A DNA stretch of 64,000 bases from Glaucostegus cemiculus. Lineage: Eukaryota. The stretch spans positions 10,168,001 through 10,232,000 of the forward strand of contig CDPCPM010000056.1 in assembly GCA_976551045.1 (NCBI GenBank). Reading direction: 5' to 3'. Under the pieces are notes generated by a model. That model was not told where the DNA came from and made no database searches. It worked only from the letters and a program-made list of their open reading frames with translations. The first letter of the stretch is position 1. The number at the start of each line of letters is the position of its first letter. This document shows, piece after piece, positions 11,130 to 24,115 of the stretch. The position numbers were made by a program, and so were the translations under genes.

Positions 11130-12228
11130 CTTAACTAGTTCCCCTTAGACCTGGTCTGTCCAACTATGTAACTTCAACAGGTAAGCTTTACTTACCAGTA
11201 ACCCCCCTGCCTCGCCCCTTCAAGCCGAAGCCCCTTGAGCCAAAGCCCGAACACTCTGCTCCCTCCTCACTCCGCTGCCCGCTCTAGAAGCTGGTTGCCT
11301 TTTAAGCTGCCCGTGTCGCGCCTGCGCAGTGCAGCCCTCACTCAACCCCTTAAAGCTTATATAACCCTACTAAAGATAACTTCTAAATACTATCTAACAC
11401 TAGTACCTTACACCATAGTGTAAGCTTTCAGTTACCTCTTCCTTTAATTCTCCACCGCAATCCTGTTTTTTTTTATCTCTGTCTTTGACCTCTTAGACTT
11501 CTAAGAAAGCTCAATGTAAGATCCAGAAACAACATCTCATTTTCAGACATGTTACACCCTTCAGGACTCAATGCTGAATTCAACCATTTCAGATAACTAG
11601 CCCTTCCGATTTGTATCAGAATTTGTGAGTTCCGGTAAAAGGTCGGCAACCTATAATGTTAAATCCATTTTTCTTCTTTCATGATTTTGCCTGATGATAT
11701 TATTTCCAGTATTTTTGTTCCCATTAATGGATGAGTTTCATATGACACTTATATAGACCAGCTGTCACTCTAAGATCTGGACTAGAACAGTTCAAAACAA
11801 ATCTGCATTTGTGCTTTACATGTTTCTTGTGACCCTGCAGAAAGCATTTATTGCTTATTACATTTTTCCATATTAGAAGAGTTCAAAGGAAGATGCTAAT
11901 ACGATTATAGTCTATAATTCTCTCTCTCTTTCTCTCTCTCCCTCTCTCTTTTCCCCACCCTACATCAGTTTTCACTCTTGTCTGTTCTTTCCCTTTTTGC
12001 TCTCTTCTTCAGATTCTTTCCCATTTCATACTTTGCCCTGCATCTTAATTGTGTATATTAAACATTGAAAATGTTTGCTCCATGACTAATAAAAATATAA
12101 TGTTCCAGGGTTTGGTTATATTGCATTGTCATAAAATACATATAATTCTTGTTTTGAATAGATCTGATGGATTAACATTATTTTTGAATGTCAATTTAAT
12201 TCCTAACAGACTTTATTCATACTTGCAG

Positions 12229-12306
12229 GAGTCAAAGAAGCAAGGTGAAAGAAATGATGCTGCACTAAAAGCCTTGCAAACTCAAGTAGGAGAAGGAACT
12301 TCCAAA
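12229..12306 (+). CDS. CCDC18: CCDC18-like exon (phase 0-0, 78 nt)
   Basis: ttgcag|GAG ... AAA|gtttgt; ESKKQGERNDAALKALQTQVGEGTSK resembles CCDC18 EMKKENMKKDEALKALQNQVSEETIK. Confidence 0.88.
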
Positions 12307-12510
12307 GTTTGTAAACTTTATCTTATAATAATTTAACATCAATATTATAGAATTTATCTTCTTTCATGTACTCAGAATAAATGTATAAATCTAAATGCAA
12401 CAGCTTCAGATTGGTGACCATTTTATGGCAATTTCTATTTCCAAGACCAGTAATTATTAATAACAAGTTTTAACTATTTTACCATATTGTCACCATGTTA
12501 TTAAAAACAG

Positions 12511-12627
12511 GTTAAAGAACTGGAAACTGCACTGGTGGAGTGCAAGGAGGAACTAAAAATGCAACTGCGACAGGTTGAAGAAAACAGAGAACAGCAAGAG
12601 AAACAATTGAGAAAAAAATCAGAAGAG
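12511..12627 (+). CDS. CCDC18: CCDC18-like exon (phase 0-0, 117 nt)
   Basis: aacag|GTT ... GAG|gtaaat; VKELETALVECKEELKMQLRQVEENREQQEKQLRKKSEE. Confidence 0.9.
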
Positions 12628-12993
12628 GTAAATTAAACTGTTGCACTACTGTATAAAACATACTTTTAGCTAACAGAACTGGTTATTGTCTTCCTTACAA
12701 TTGACAAGCTAAATATCAAATTTAAAAAATTCCTCTTACCAGTCACTTTTCTCAATTGTAGTAATTGAAAAGTTGCACAGAATGGCAATTGTACAAAAGA
12801 ATGCATAGTTTCTCTAAATTGTTTTTAAGAACAGGTAAGTATTTGACCATTTCTAATATCCATTTATCTTTTCAAAGCTTTTCAAAAGAACTCTTCTCTC
12901 CTTTTTGTCTTACCCAACTGATCATTTGCCAAAAAGATAATGCATACAGTGAATTATCTTCTTTGAGATCAACAAAATTGGCAATGTTGGAAA

Positions 12994-15900
12994 ATCACAA
13001 GATCACAAGACAAGGGAGCAGAAGTAGGCCATTCAGCCCTTCGAGTCTGCTCCATGAGAAGAAGAGAAAAGATAACATATCTATCCCCAATTTCCAGCCT
13101 TATCCCCATATCCCTTGATACCTTGATTAATTAGGTACCTATCCAACTCCCCTTTAAATGCCCCCACTGACTGAGCCTCTACAGCTGTATGTGGCAGAGA
13201 ATTCCACAATTCCACCACCCTCTGACTAAAGTAATTTCTCCTCATCTCTGTTTTAAACTGGTTCCCCCTGATTCTAAGTCTGTGCCCTCTAGTCTTGGAC
13301 TCACCCACCAAGGGAAACAGCCTATCCACATCTACTTTATCCATTCCTTTCAACATTCTAAACACTTCTATGAGGTCCCCCCTCGTTGTTCTTACTCCAA
13401 TGAGTACAGTCCAAGAGCTGATAAATGCTCATCATATGTAAGCCCTTTCATACCAGGAATCATCCTTGTAAACCTCCTCTGAACCCTTTCCAACATCAGC
13501 ACATCCCTTCTAAGGTGTGGGGCCCAAAACTGCACACAGTATTCCAAATGAGGACGTACCAGTGCTCCATAGAGCCTCATCATCACTTCCCTACTTCTAT
13601 ACACTATACCTCGCGAAATGAATGCCAACATAGCATTTGCTTTCTTTATCGCCGATCCGACCTGGTGGTTGACCTTTAGGGTGTCCTGCACGAGTACCCC
13701 CAAGTCCCTTTGTACATCTGTACTTCCAATTTTCTCCCCATCTAGATAATAATCTGCCCGTTCATTTCTTTTGCCAAAGTGTACTACAGCACATTTGTCA
13801 ACATTGAATTTCATCTGCCATTTCTTTGCCCATTCACCTAAACTATCCAAGTCTCTCTGCAACCTTCCTGCCTCTTCTATACTCCCTGCTCCACCGCCAA
13901 TCTTGGTGTCATCCACAAACTTAGCTACAAAACCATTTACTCCATCATCCAAATCATTAATATATAAAGTGAAAAGTAGCGGGCCCAACACCGACCCTTG
14001 CGGGACACCACTAATAACCGGTTGCCATCCAGAACAGGATCCTTTTATTCCTACCCGTTGCTTTCTGCCTACCAGCCAATGCTCGACCCATTTTAATATC
14101 CTTCCTGTAATTCCATGCGTACTCATCTTATTAATCAACCTCTGATGCGGCACCTTGTCGGAGGCCTTTTGAAAGTCTAAATACACAACGTCCACTGCCT
14201 CTCCCTTATCCACCCTACCTGAGATTTCCTCAAAAAACTCCAATAGGTTGGTCAGGCAAGATCTTCCCTTTACGAAACCATGCTGGCTTGGACCTATCCT
14301 GTCTTGAATCACCAGGTATTCCGTAACCTCATCCTTGAGGATCGATTCCAGTATCTTTCCCACTACTGACGTCAAACTAATTGGTCTGTAATTACCTTTA
14401 TGCTGCCTCCCACCTTTCTTATACAGTGGAACTACGTTCGCTACTCTCCAGTCCTCCGGAACCATGCCGGAGTCCATTGACTCCTGGAAAATAATCACTA
14501 ATGCCTCTACAATCTCTAAAGCCACCTCCTTCAGAAATCGAGGGTGCACCTCATCCGGTCCGGGTGACTTATCTGTCTTTAATCCACTTAGCTTCCTTAG
14601 CACCTTCTCCCTAGTAATCTCAACTGTACTCAGTTCAATCCCCTGGAACCCCTGTCTATCTGGTATATTGCTGGTATCTTCCACAGTGAAGACCGATGCA
14701 AAATACTTATTTAGTTCCTCTGCCATCTCTGTATCTTCTATTATAATCTCTCCCACACCATTTTCAATTGGTCCTATATCAACCCGTGTCTCTCTTTTAC
14801 ACCTCATATATTTAAAAAAACTTTTAGTATCTGTTTGAATGTTATCTGCCAATTTCCTTTCGTAATTCATCTTTTCTTTCCTAATGACCTTCTTAGCTTC
14901 TTTCTGCAGGTTTTTAAATGTTTCCCAATCCTCAGTTTCCCCACTTATTTTTGCTACCTTGTAGGCCCTCCCTTTTGCTCTTATCTTAGCCTTAACCTCT
15001 CTCGTTACCCACATATGTGCCTTTTTTCCATTCAGAACTTTCTTTTTTCTTGGAACATACCTATCCTGCAACTTCCTTATTTCTTGTAAAAACTTTATCC
15101 ATTTCTGCTCCACCATCTCACCTGCTAGCTTACTCTTCTAATCGATTTGAGACAGTTCCTCTCTCATGCTGCTGTAGTTTCCCTTGTTCCATTGCAATAT
15201 ATGTGCACCAGTTATGAGCCTCTCCTTTTCAAATTTGACTCCAAACTCAATCATATTGTGATCACTGGTTCCTAATGGTTCCATTACTTTTAGCTCCCTA
15301 ATCAGCTCTGGTTCATTGCACAGTACCCAATCCAAAATGGCTGATCCCCTGGTGGGTTCATCTACAAGTTGCTCCAAAAAGCCATCTTGTAGACATTCTA
15401 CAAACTCTAGTTTCCTGCGATCCACCTCCTCGCTGATTTTCCCAATCTACCTTCAGGTTGAAGTCCCCCATAATTATCTTCACATTGTCCTTTTGACATG
15501 CCTTTTCTATTTCTAACTGTATCTTATAGTTCTCCTCCCAGCTGCTGTTAGGGGGTCTATATATAACTGCAATTAGTGTCCTTTTACCCTTGCTATTTCT
15601 TTGCTCCACCCATAAGGATTCCACTTCTTCCACCCCTATGTCCTTCCTTTCTATCAATGTTATATTATTACTGACCATCAGGGCTACACCACCCCCTCTG
15701 CCTACCCTCCTATCCTTCCTATACACCGTATACCCTTGGATGTTCAGTTCCCAATCACATCCGTCAGTAAGCCATGATTCGGTGATTGCCACGATATCAT
15801 ATTTTTTAGCTTGTAGCCGTGCCACTAGGTCATCGACCTTATTCCTAATGCTACGTGCATTAAAATACAGAACATTTGGAACAGCATCAACTACAGATAT

Positions 15901-16314
15901 TGATGAACTTCTATTGATCTCTAAATTATCCTTACCTTCCACCCGCCTGTCCTTCTTACCATCTTCACTACACGTCGACTTGTTCCCGCATACCTCCTCC
16001 TTTAATCTAAGCTGGTTTCCTTCGTCTTGCCTGATTAGTTTATCCACCTTTTTACTACTTTGGCCTGTACTCTGCTTCTCCTTCCTCAGAGCCACTCTAT
16101 CTGTTAGATCTGCCTTTTCTGTAACCCCTACATCCTCTGACCTACCCTCCTGGTTCCCATCCCCCTCGCCAACTAGTTTAAACTCTCATGAACCAACCAA
16201 GCAGACCGTGCTGCAAGGATATCTGCTCCCCTCTGGTTGGGGCGTAACCTGTCCTCTCTGTACAGGCCCCACCTTCCCCAGAAGAGGTCCCAGTTATCCA
16301 AAAATCTAAAACCT
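12994..16314 (-). mobile_element. 5'-truncated CR1 LINE, same young family as 7003-11430 (ORF1 3' end plus ORF2)
   Basis: Near-identical to about 7004-10309; lesions near 13392 (-1 nt), 15138 (TGG>TAG) and 15408 (+1 nt); similarity ends at aaaatctaaaacct. Confidence 0.95.
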
Positions 16315-16509
16315 TTTAATGGTGCAGTGAATATTGTGAAGGAATGTTAGTTAACATACACAGGCTTAGGTTGGAAATTGCAGAAGGGGAGAGTAAAGGG
16401 GAGAGTAAATGCTTTTTTGAGATTTGTAGACGGGTGTATCCTAAGCATTGAATGCTTTCTGCATGATCAGAAGAAACGTGGAAAGCACAAATGCTGTTAA
16501 TATTTGATT

Positions 16510-16640
16510 TAGAACATAGAACAGTACAGCATAGGAACAGGCCCTTCATCCCACGATGTCTGCGTCGAAAACAGTGCCAAATCAAACTAAATCTCTTCTG
16601 GAAAAGCCCTTCCATTCCTTGCATATTCATGTGTCTAACA
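16510..16640 (-). mobile_element. CR1/HER1 3' tail fragment inside degraded CR1 sequence
   Basis: agaacatagaacagtacagcataggaacaggccc tail. Confidence 0.65.
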
Positions 16641-17020
16641 CCAATGTTGTATCTAAGGGTGGTGGAACAGTCATTAAGTATAGCCATTCGTAATCTGGAT
16701 TTAGTAAACAAAATTGACCTTATTATTGGTGCCAAATGAAGCGTTTGACAAACTACAATAGTTATAAAAAGGTGCTAAAGGAGGACAAGCTAACAGGAGG
16801 ATGGGTAAATGATGTACATCATTCAGGAAAAATGTGAGGTAATATACCTTGTGTGCAAAATTACAGAAACCAAATAAATCTTAAACAGTGGCAATCTATA
16901 TGAAGTACTTAACTTTTGGGGTATATATACAAATTCACTAAGGGTTGTGCAAGACATGGTTAATTATTGAATATGCAACTTCAAGAGGCAGTAAAGAATT
17001 CCTGAATTTATGTCTTGAAG

Positions 17021-17188
17021 GTACATCGCCTCCAGAAAGAGCTGAAAATATCTGCACGCAATTTAAAGGAAGCAAATGAGCAGAATGTTCAACTCCAGCA
17101 GACATTGCTGCAATACCAGCAAATGTTACAGCAAGGGACAGCTAGGATTGGAGACTTGGAGGACCACCAGGCAGTTCTAGAGAGAGAG
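17021..17188 (+). CDS. CCDC18: CCDC18-like exon (168 nt)
   Basis: tgaag|GTA ... GAG|gtgatt; [56 protein letters not shown]. Confidence 0.9.
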
Positions 17189-17291
17189 GTGATTCTGTAC
17201 AACTAATTTTTATAAGGTCACCTGTTTGATGGAATCAAGCATCCCCCCTGGGATAATATTGTAATAAAGCATACTTATATTTATGAAATAG

Positions 17292-17434
17292 GTTTCTAAA
17301 CTGGAGCAAGAGTTACTGAAGCAGAAGATGTCATTTACAGATGAGCTTTCCAAAGCAGAAGACAAGCTTTTCAAGGCCTATGAAGAACAGGATTCCAAAC
17401 ATCAGCAGGTGTCTGAACTTAACAGTGCTATGAA
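17292..17434 (+). CDS. CCDC18: CCDC18-like exon (143 nt, phase 0-2)
   Basis: aatag|GTT ... AA|gtaagt; VSKLEQELLKQKMSFTDELSKAEDKLFKAYEEQDSKHQQVSELNSAM. Confidence 0.9.
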
Positions 17435-18767
17435 GTAAGTATTGTGTTGAAGGTGATTAACACTGTTGTTTGTTTACTTTGTCACTTTTCATCATTGTTG
17501 AATCAGCTTGGTTAAATTATAAAATAAATGTTCGTGAGTAATAACTTTGTGTTCAAATTGCAGTTAACATCTTTGGAATTGTTAAATAGGACTCTGTGAT
17601 AGAATCTAGCATAACGGTCAGAGTCCTGCTGGATTTGAGTTGGGGACAGCTTTAATCATATTCTTTGGGGATTTGAGTTCATGACATGATGACAGTTGGG
17701 CTAAAAGATTAAACTGAAAATGCTCAGCATTCGGACAGCAAATGAAGGGATAAATGCTATTTAAACTGCACTGATTCCAGTGTTTATGTTTTTATTTTAT
17801 GACTTCCACTGCTTGAAGTTGGCTGTAAATTGTATGGCTAGAAAATTGTTTAATGAACATGAGATCAATTTTTGTTTGTGACATAAGGCATGATTAAATC
17901 TCACTTAAATTTCACTGGAGCCCTAATTATGCAGCTTATTGTCAGTGTGGCATTTGAGATGCTCTAAAATCTGTTGGGCATTCTGCTTAAATCCAACCTG
18001 TGAGACTTAAGGGGGAGGTGAAATTTTCATTAGTGGTCTGTGGAAACATTTCTGAAAAAGTCTGAACATGTGGGTTACTTGGATCCTCACTGTTGGTTAT
18101 CATATGGGGAAGCACATCTTGAATGAATCAGGGCCTCTCAAATGGCAGATGGATGCCATACCAACTATGCCAATTATCATGGGGGAAGTGGCTGAGAACT
18201 GTAGGACTGGGAAGGACTTAAAGCCACATCTGAGATGTTGAGTTGTATGCTACATTAGAAAAAGTGCAAGGAAATCTTTCTGTTTTCCTGCTCATTGTTT
18301 ATCCTGCATAAATCACAAAAGAAAAGTTCATCCTATCATTGTGGAAAGTTGGTTGCTGCACTTGCTTAAATTGCAAAATTGGATATACTATAAAAGTATT
18401 TTATTGGTTGTAATACAATTCTGATATCCAGAGGTTGTGAAAGTTGGGATACAAATGCACTTAAAAAAATTGATATCATTATTTGTTAACATGGTTAATT
18501 TTATTTTAAAAAGTAGTATTAATTTTCCATGTGAAGACATTAATTTCTTTCATAGAGAAAAAATCAAAACTATGCCTTTATGATTAAGATAGTCTTATGT
18601 CTGATTTTTTTAATTTTCTGAATAGCTAAGACTAAGCTTACACCTTGAGTACAGATTGCATGTTTGGGCATACACTGAAGCTTCAAGGACTTTGTACCTG
18701 GGAACTGCATACGATCGGTCACTCATGTTTTATTCCTAGTATTCATTTGTTTTACTATGCTCGTTAG

Positions 18768-18931
18768 AGACATAAAGACGGAGATGGAAAAATACAAAGA
18801 TGAAGTTACTGTATTGGAAAAAGAACTTTTTCAACTAAGGCGAGATATTGCAAGCAAGGATGTTTATCTTAACCAGCTAGAAATGACTCTGCATAATGAT
18901 CAGGCAGAATTGAACAAGAAATCGGAACAAG
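18768..18931 (+). CDS. CCDC18: CCDC18-like exon (164 nt, phase 2-1)
   Basis: gttag|A GAC ... CAA G|gtacta; DIKTEMEKYKDEVTVLEKELFQLRRDIASKDVYLNQLEMTLHNDQAELNKKSEQ; phases fit both neighbours. Confidence 0.88.
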
Positions 18932-19432
18932 GTACTAAATACTTTGTGTGGGTGTATATGACAAATTCATATGTACTCTAGGTACCTAATAGTCTTTCTT
19001 TTTGTCATAGAGAATTTAAAACTCTTGATTTTTGCAGTAAACATACAGCTAATACCATTGATATTCGGCATTTCCTCAGTGTACAGATAATTAATGAACA
19101 AAATTTTACAATGATTATTATACTTTCTAAAGCTATTTTGTGAAATTACCTGATAGAGCATCCTATTGATGACCATTATAATTTTAATTTTTTTGTATCA
19201 TTGGATTGCACTATTTGAATTTTCTTTTCATAATTATGTTCTAACTATGCATCTGGAAGTGGTATGTTAGAAAATTTGTTTTGGTAAAGTATTATGGCAT
19301 TTCTCTTAAATTTCCAGGGATTTCACCTTGTTCAGATGCAACTATATAATATCTGAATAGATAAATTTAACAGAGTGAAGATTTTTCTTTTGCCTTTATG
19401 TAAATATACTTAATTTGAAATATGCCCAATAG

Positions 19433-19646
19433 TTCATGATCTGGAAGAAAATCTGCACCAAACTGAGTCAGACTGGAGGAATTCGGTGCAGAAAGCTCAA
19501 GAGATGGACAATCAATTAAAGAACATGTATAAAGAATTACAAGATACTTTAGATCAGCTTAAGGAGCTTCGAGATGTACTTCAAAAGGCTCAGAACAGCA
19601 TTGAGGAAAAGAATTACACCATTGAAGAGCTCACAAATGAACTTAG
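19433..19646 (+). CDS. CCDC18: CCDC18-like exon (214 nt, phase 1-2)
   Basis: aatag|TT CAT ... CTT AG|gtgagt; includes [29 protein letters not shown], matching CCDC18 [29 protein letters not shown]. Confidence 0.92.
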
Positions 19647-20029
19647 GTGAGTTACAAGAGTAAAGAAATGAACTGCATGGATATTCATGTTTTGGAATAA
19701 GTTTTGAATTATGTTCTTTAATTTTTTTCATCAGTTTGCTCCATTAATTTCTGGTTATGTAGTTTGCTGCTACGTATAAATGTTGATTCATTCATTCGTG
19801 CGATGTGTGCATCATCTGCAAAGCTGACAGTTTTTGCCTGTTTCTAATTGTCCTTTGGTTTGCTAATCCATTTCAGAGGGTAGTCAAGAGTCAATCAAAT
19901 TGCTTTGGGCAAAGCTGCACATTAGCCATACTTGGATTGACTTCCATTCCTGAAGGAATTTGGTCCACTAGATGAATTTTTGCAACAGTTTTGCATTCTG
20001 ATTTATCTGTCTGTAGCCTCTTGCACTGC

Positions 20030-20700
20030 TCTAACAAAGCTCAACATAAGCTTAAGGAATAGCCATTATCTTTCTAAGCATGTTGTAACCTTCTGAACTG
20101 AGCAATGAATCTATAAACTTCATATAACTAGCTTTCTCTGCATCAAGCCTGACCAATTCTGCTGTGGATCATCCATCTCCAATACTAACTCAGATTTTCT
20201 CTCTTCACTAACACTGACTCATGAGCTGGGAACTTCCTTTAGCTCTGATCAGTATTTCACAGCGTTTACCCATTCTTTTATTTCTCTAATTTTCCTCATT
20301 AATCTTTCAACTAGATGGCTTCATCAGAAGCTAATCATTATGGCAACAGAATCAGAATCCGTTTTATTGTCACAACCATATACATACATAGTATGCATAG
20401 GAGCGAGATACCGTCCTCCTCAGGTGCTCGTCCCATTAAATAACAACCAACAGAGACACACAGACACACTTAACAAAATAAACATTAAAAACTACAGAAG
20501 TTAAAAGTAAATTAATACGCAGATTAAATTAAAAATGGCCGGTAAATAAATAAATAGTTATTAAAGTGAACAGTGGTGTCTCCCTATCAGAGATAATCCC
20601 TGCATTTGTCCAAACCTTTGCTGCCATCTCTACAATTTAACGCTGTTTTCTCTCTTCCCTACTTCTTACAAAGGCTCTTTGACCTGAAGCGTCTTTGACC
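20030..20700 (+). mobile_element. Penelope-like terminal fragment, interrupted by a Rex1 3'UTR
   Basis: aagctcaacataagcttaaggaatagccattatctttc... resembles the PLE C-terminus; decayed pLTR end near 20670-20695. Confidence 0.5.
20347..20571 (-). mobile_element. Rex1/Babar 3'UTR fragment
   Basis: Near-identical reverse complement of 33345-33590. Confidence 0.85.
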
Positions 20701-21229
20701 ATGTAGCACTCTGTCAATAGCTTTACTGAAGTCTGTATAGATTACATTACCAGATGAAATTGGACTTAATTGGAAATGCTTACTGACAAAAGCCACAAAA
20801 TCTAGGAGCAAACAATATGGTATGGAACACAAGGGTAGTAAAGAAAGCCCAAACATTTATGTTGTGCAAGTGCAGCAGGCTCACATGAACTCAAATTCTG
20901 TGTGATCGGCAAAGTGAAGATACCACACCAATTTAATGGAATCAAAATCTGTAATGTGCCAGTGGATTATTTCAGCCAGAAATTGGCATGGATGGAGAGT
21001 TGAATATTTAAAGAAAGGTTTGACAAGAAGTTTGTTCCTCATATGTAAGTGCCCTTGTAATCAAATGGCTTTAGTGAAAGACTGTCCTGCTGATGGATAA
21101 TGTCTCTTTTTTTTATCTTCATATCAAAAGGTGATAACACAATTGGGAAATTTTCATCTTCAAATGTGACTTCTGTATTCTAACTTACTGATGAAGGAAT
21201 GATTCCACACGTTTACAAAGAGTTATTTT

Positions 21230-22050
21230 GTATCTCAAGTAACGTCGAGTCAGAGCACAAGAAGGTATAGGGAGCCTTGTGACATGGTGTTATGACAACA
21301 ACCTTTCCCTCAACATCAGCAAAACAAAAGAGCTGGCCATTGATTTCAGGAAAGGGGGTGATGTACATGCTTCTGTTTACATCAATGGTGCTGAGGTTGA
21401 GAGGGCTGAGAGCTTCAAGTTCCTAGGAGTGAACATCACCAACAGCCTGTCTTGGTCCAACCATGTTGCTGCAATGGCCAGGAAAGCTCACCAGCATCTC
21501 TACTTCCTCAGTAGGTTTAATAAATTTGACAAGTCCCCTTTGACCCTCACCAATTTTTATTGATGCACCATAGAAAGCATCCTATTCAGATGCATAATGG
21601 CTTGGTATGGCAACTGCTCTGCGTGTGACTGCAAGAAACTGCGCAGAGTTGTGGACACGGCTCAGGACATCATGGAAACCAGCCTCCCTTCCATGCACTC
21701 TGTCTACACTTCTTGCTGCCTCAGTAAAGCAGCCAGCATAATCAAAGACCCCACATTCTCTCTTCTCCCCCCTCCCATTGGGTAGAAAATACAAATGCCT
21801 GAAAGCATGTAGCACCAGGCTCAAGGACAGCTTCTAACCCGCTATTGAATGGTTCCCTAATACAATAAGACAGATTCTTGACCTCACAATATACCTTGTT
21901 GTGACCTTGCACTTTACTGTTCACCTGTATTGCACTTTTCTATAACTGTAACACTTTATTCTACATTCTGTTATTGTTTTACCTTGTACTACCTCAATGC
22001 CCTGTTGTAATAAATTGATCTGTATGAACGGTATACAAGACAATAATAAA
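21230..22050 (+). mobile_element. Rex1/Babar-type LINE 3' portion
   Basis: [45 protein letters not shown]; 3'UTR shared with 61550-61945. Confidence 0.85.
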
Positions 22051-24115
22051 TCAATTTACCAATTTATTGATCTGAACTATTATAAAAGAGTGTTAGTAAA
22101 GAAAATTATTTGGAATGTTTTTTCAAGAATCTGACTGTTATGGATGCGATTAATGTAGTGTCCAGAGTGTGGAGTACAGTGAAACCAATCATGCTGATCA
22201 ATTCCTGGAGCAAAATCTTTAAGAACCACACAGTGATAATAGCTTGGATGAGGAACAAATTTCAACAACAGGTCTAGCAGAAACTGAGCAGTAAATGGAT
22301 GGTGGTGAAAACGATCCATAAAATTTTGAGGAGCAGCTTGATGTTGATTGCCATAGGCTAATTACTTTCTGGCATGTAGGTGGCTATACCACTGTGTCAA
22401 GCAAAAGTGAGGGACAGGAAAACATGTGATTCCACAGAATTGCAGTTTGTACAGTGCCATCCTCATCTGTTTAATTACGTAGAGCAACAAAATGCTTCAC
22501 CCTTGAACAACTATTTCTCTGTGTGCTACCAACAAATATTCACAAAAGGGCAAGAAACAAACCAACATGACTGAGCATTTTAATAACAGGAAAGTATTTT
22601 GCAAGAAACCTGATGCCTTGTTTAACTTCATGGTATAGTGCACTTTGCTCATTATATACTTGCCACCTAAACATAGATTAATAATTTACCATAGCTTACT
22701 GTAAATACAGTTATATCATTAAAAGGATGGTTAGATAAAGTAAATGGTTGTCTGCATAAGTGTGTGCACATACTGTAATATTGAATTATTTATTGCAATC
22801 TGTTGTGTAAGGGTTAAAAGTATTTCCATCCTTTACAAATAGCTTTTTGTGTTGTGCACATGGATTCGATTTAGATATGTTTCTAAGTTTAACTCTGACT
22901 TGAAAATAATTATACTGTGTTTGCAAACCATACAAAATGCAACAGACCCTGCAGCAATTGGCATTACACATTAGACAGCTAATTTTTTCCATATGTCTGC
23001 AGAATAGAAGGTTCAACTTGAAAATGTATCTGAAGTAGTAAGCAAATCAAAGTTTTCTTGTTTGCACCAAGCTTAAAATGAAAACATTGTCTTGACTTCA
23101 ACGAATGCTTTTATCTTATCATATGTATTGTATTTTAACTGTATTGGCCATACACTTTTATGGAATGAAAAGAGCATTGGTTTCTACTCCTAATCTCCAT
23201 CAGTACTCCATGTTTTGTGGTATCTTGTGACACAGTTCATGTGGCAACTATCTGGAGAGGCTAAGGTTTGGGAACATTAGTGCAGAGCAGTCGGAAAGAA
23301 TTACTAATCATTCTAGAGAGGTTCTTGAAGTTTAGCAAATCATGTCAAGGTTTTTACTGTGTGAACTGAGTATTTTCTGCAAGCCTGATTCTGTCATTTG
23401 AATTTTCTTGCACAAATTTTCTAAAATTGCATTGTGTTTTTAAATGCAACAGGATTGAATATTGACGTAGTTGTATAAATCTCAAATGTGGCTATTGTGT
23501 GAGAATCCCAGAGTTCACAAAATTGATAATGTACCAGCACATGGTGAATGTTTGGCATACAGAATGTGCCCAGACTGACATTATCCATCATGTAACTCAC
23601 ATTTTGATTGTTGTCAGTTGAAATTAGATCAGACCTTTCTACTTTGGAAAAATTATTGACAGTCACAGGAAAGCTTTTTATTTTGTGGCACTCCATTCAC
23701 TGCAACTGTATGATTTAAATGGCTACCTGTTCCCTTCATACTTAATTCTGTAGTCTATGCCAGGCTGAAGGCTGCCTGGGTGATCAGGAAGATGCTTTAT
23801 TTGCAGACAGAATTTTGGTGATATGTACTGCCATTTCTGCATTTATTACCTCTTCACCAATGAATGCAGAAATGGCAGTACAGTTCGTCCCACCAGGTGT
23901 GCTGTGTGGGCTGGAACTGCAGGCTAATGTCAAAGGCAGGTCTAGACATACCTGGGGACCATAAAGGAAATCGGGAAGAAGGACTCCTGTACCAAAAATA
24001 TTCAAGAATCCTTGTTCAAATCTCCAGTTCTCTGAAGACCAAGACTAAGGCTTTCCTACGCAATATGCTGGAGGAGCTCAGCAGGTCAGGCAGCATCTAT
24101 GGAGGGAAATAAACA

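Larger units (their letters stand above)
7003..11430 (-). mobile_element. Near full-length young CR1 LINE (5'UTR, ORF1, ORF2, 3' stem-loop, (TCTTGTGA)n tail)
   Basis: ORF1 esterase, APE endonuclease, RT (KFADD); 3' inverted repeat ggagcaga/tctgctcc at 7025-7063; octamer tail tcacaaga x2; 5' boundary approximate. Confidence 0.95.

Noticed and set aside
6985-11450. Target-site duplication around the full-length CR1
   Set aside because: No convincing direct repeat found by eye; the 5' boundary remains approximate.
15590-16309. 239-aa + strand ORF (also 9851-10303, 8473-8847, 14464-14838, 7779-8105, 13771-14145)
   Set aside because: Antisense shadows of CR1 ORF2; Ser/Leu-rich; broken by a stop in the sister copy, so no evidence of independent coding.
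12994-16314. Segmental tandem duplication or assembly duplication of 7004-10309
   Set aside because: Similarity is confined to the LINE, starts at the 3' tail, flanks differ and lesions are copy-specific, so independent insertions are more likely.
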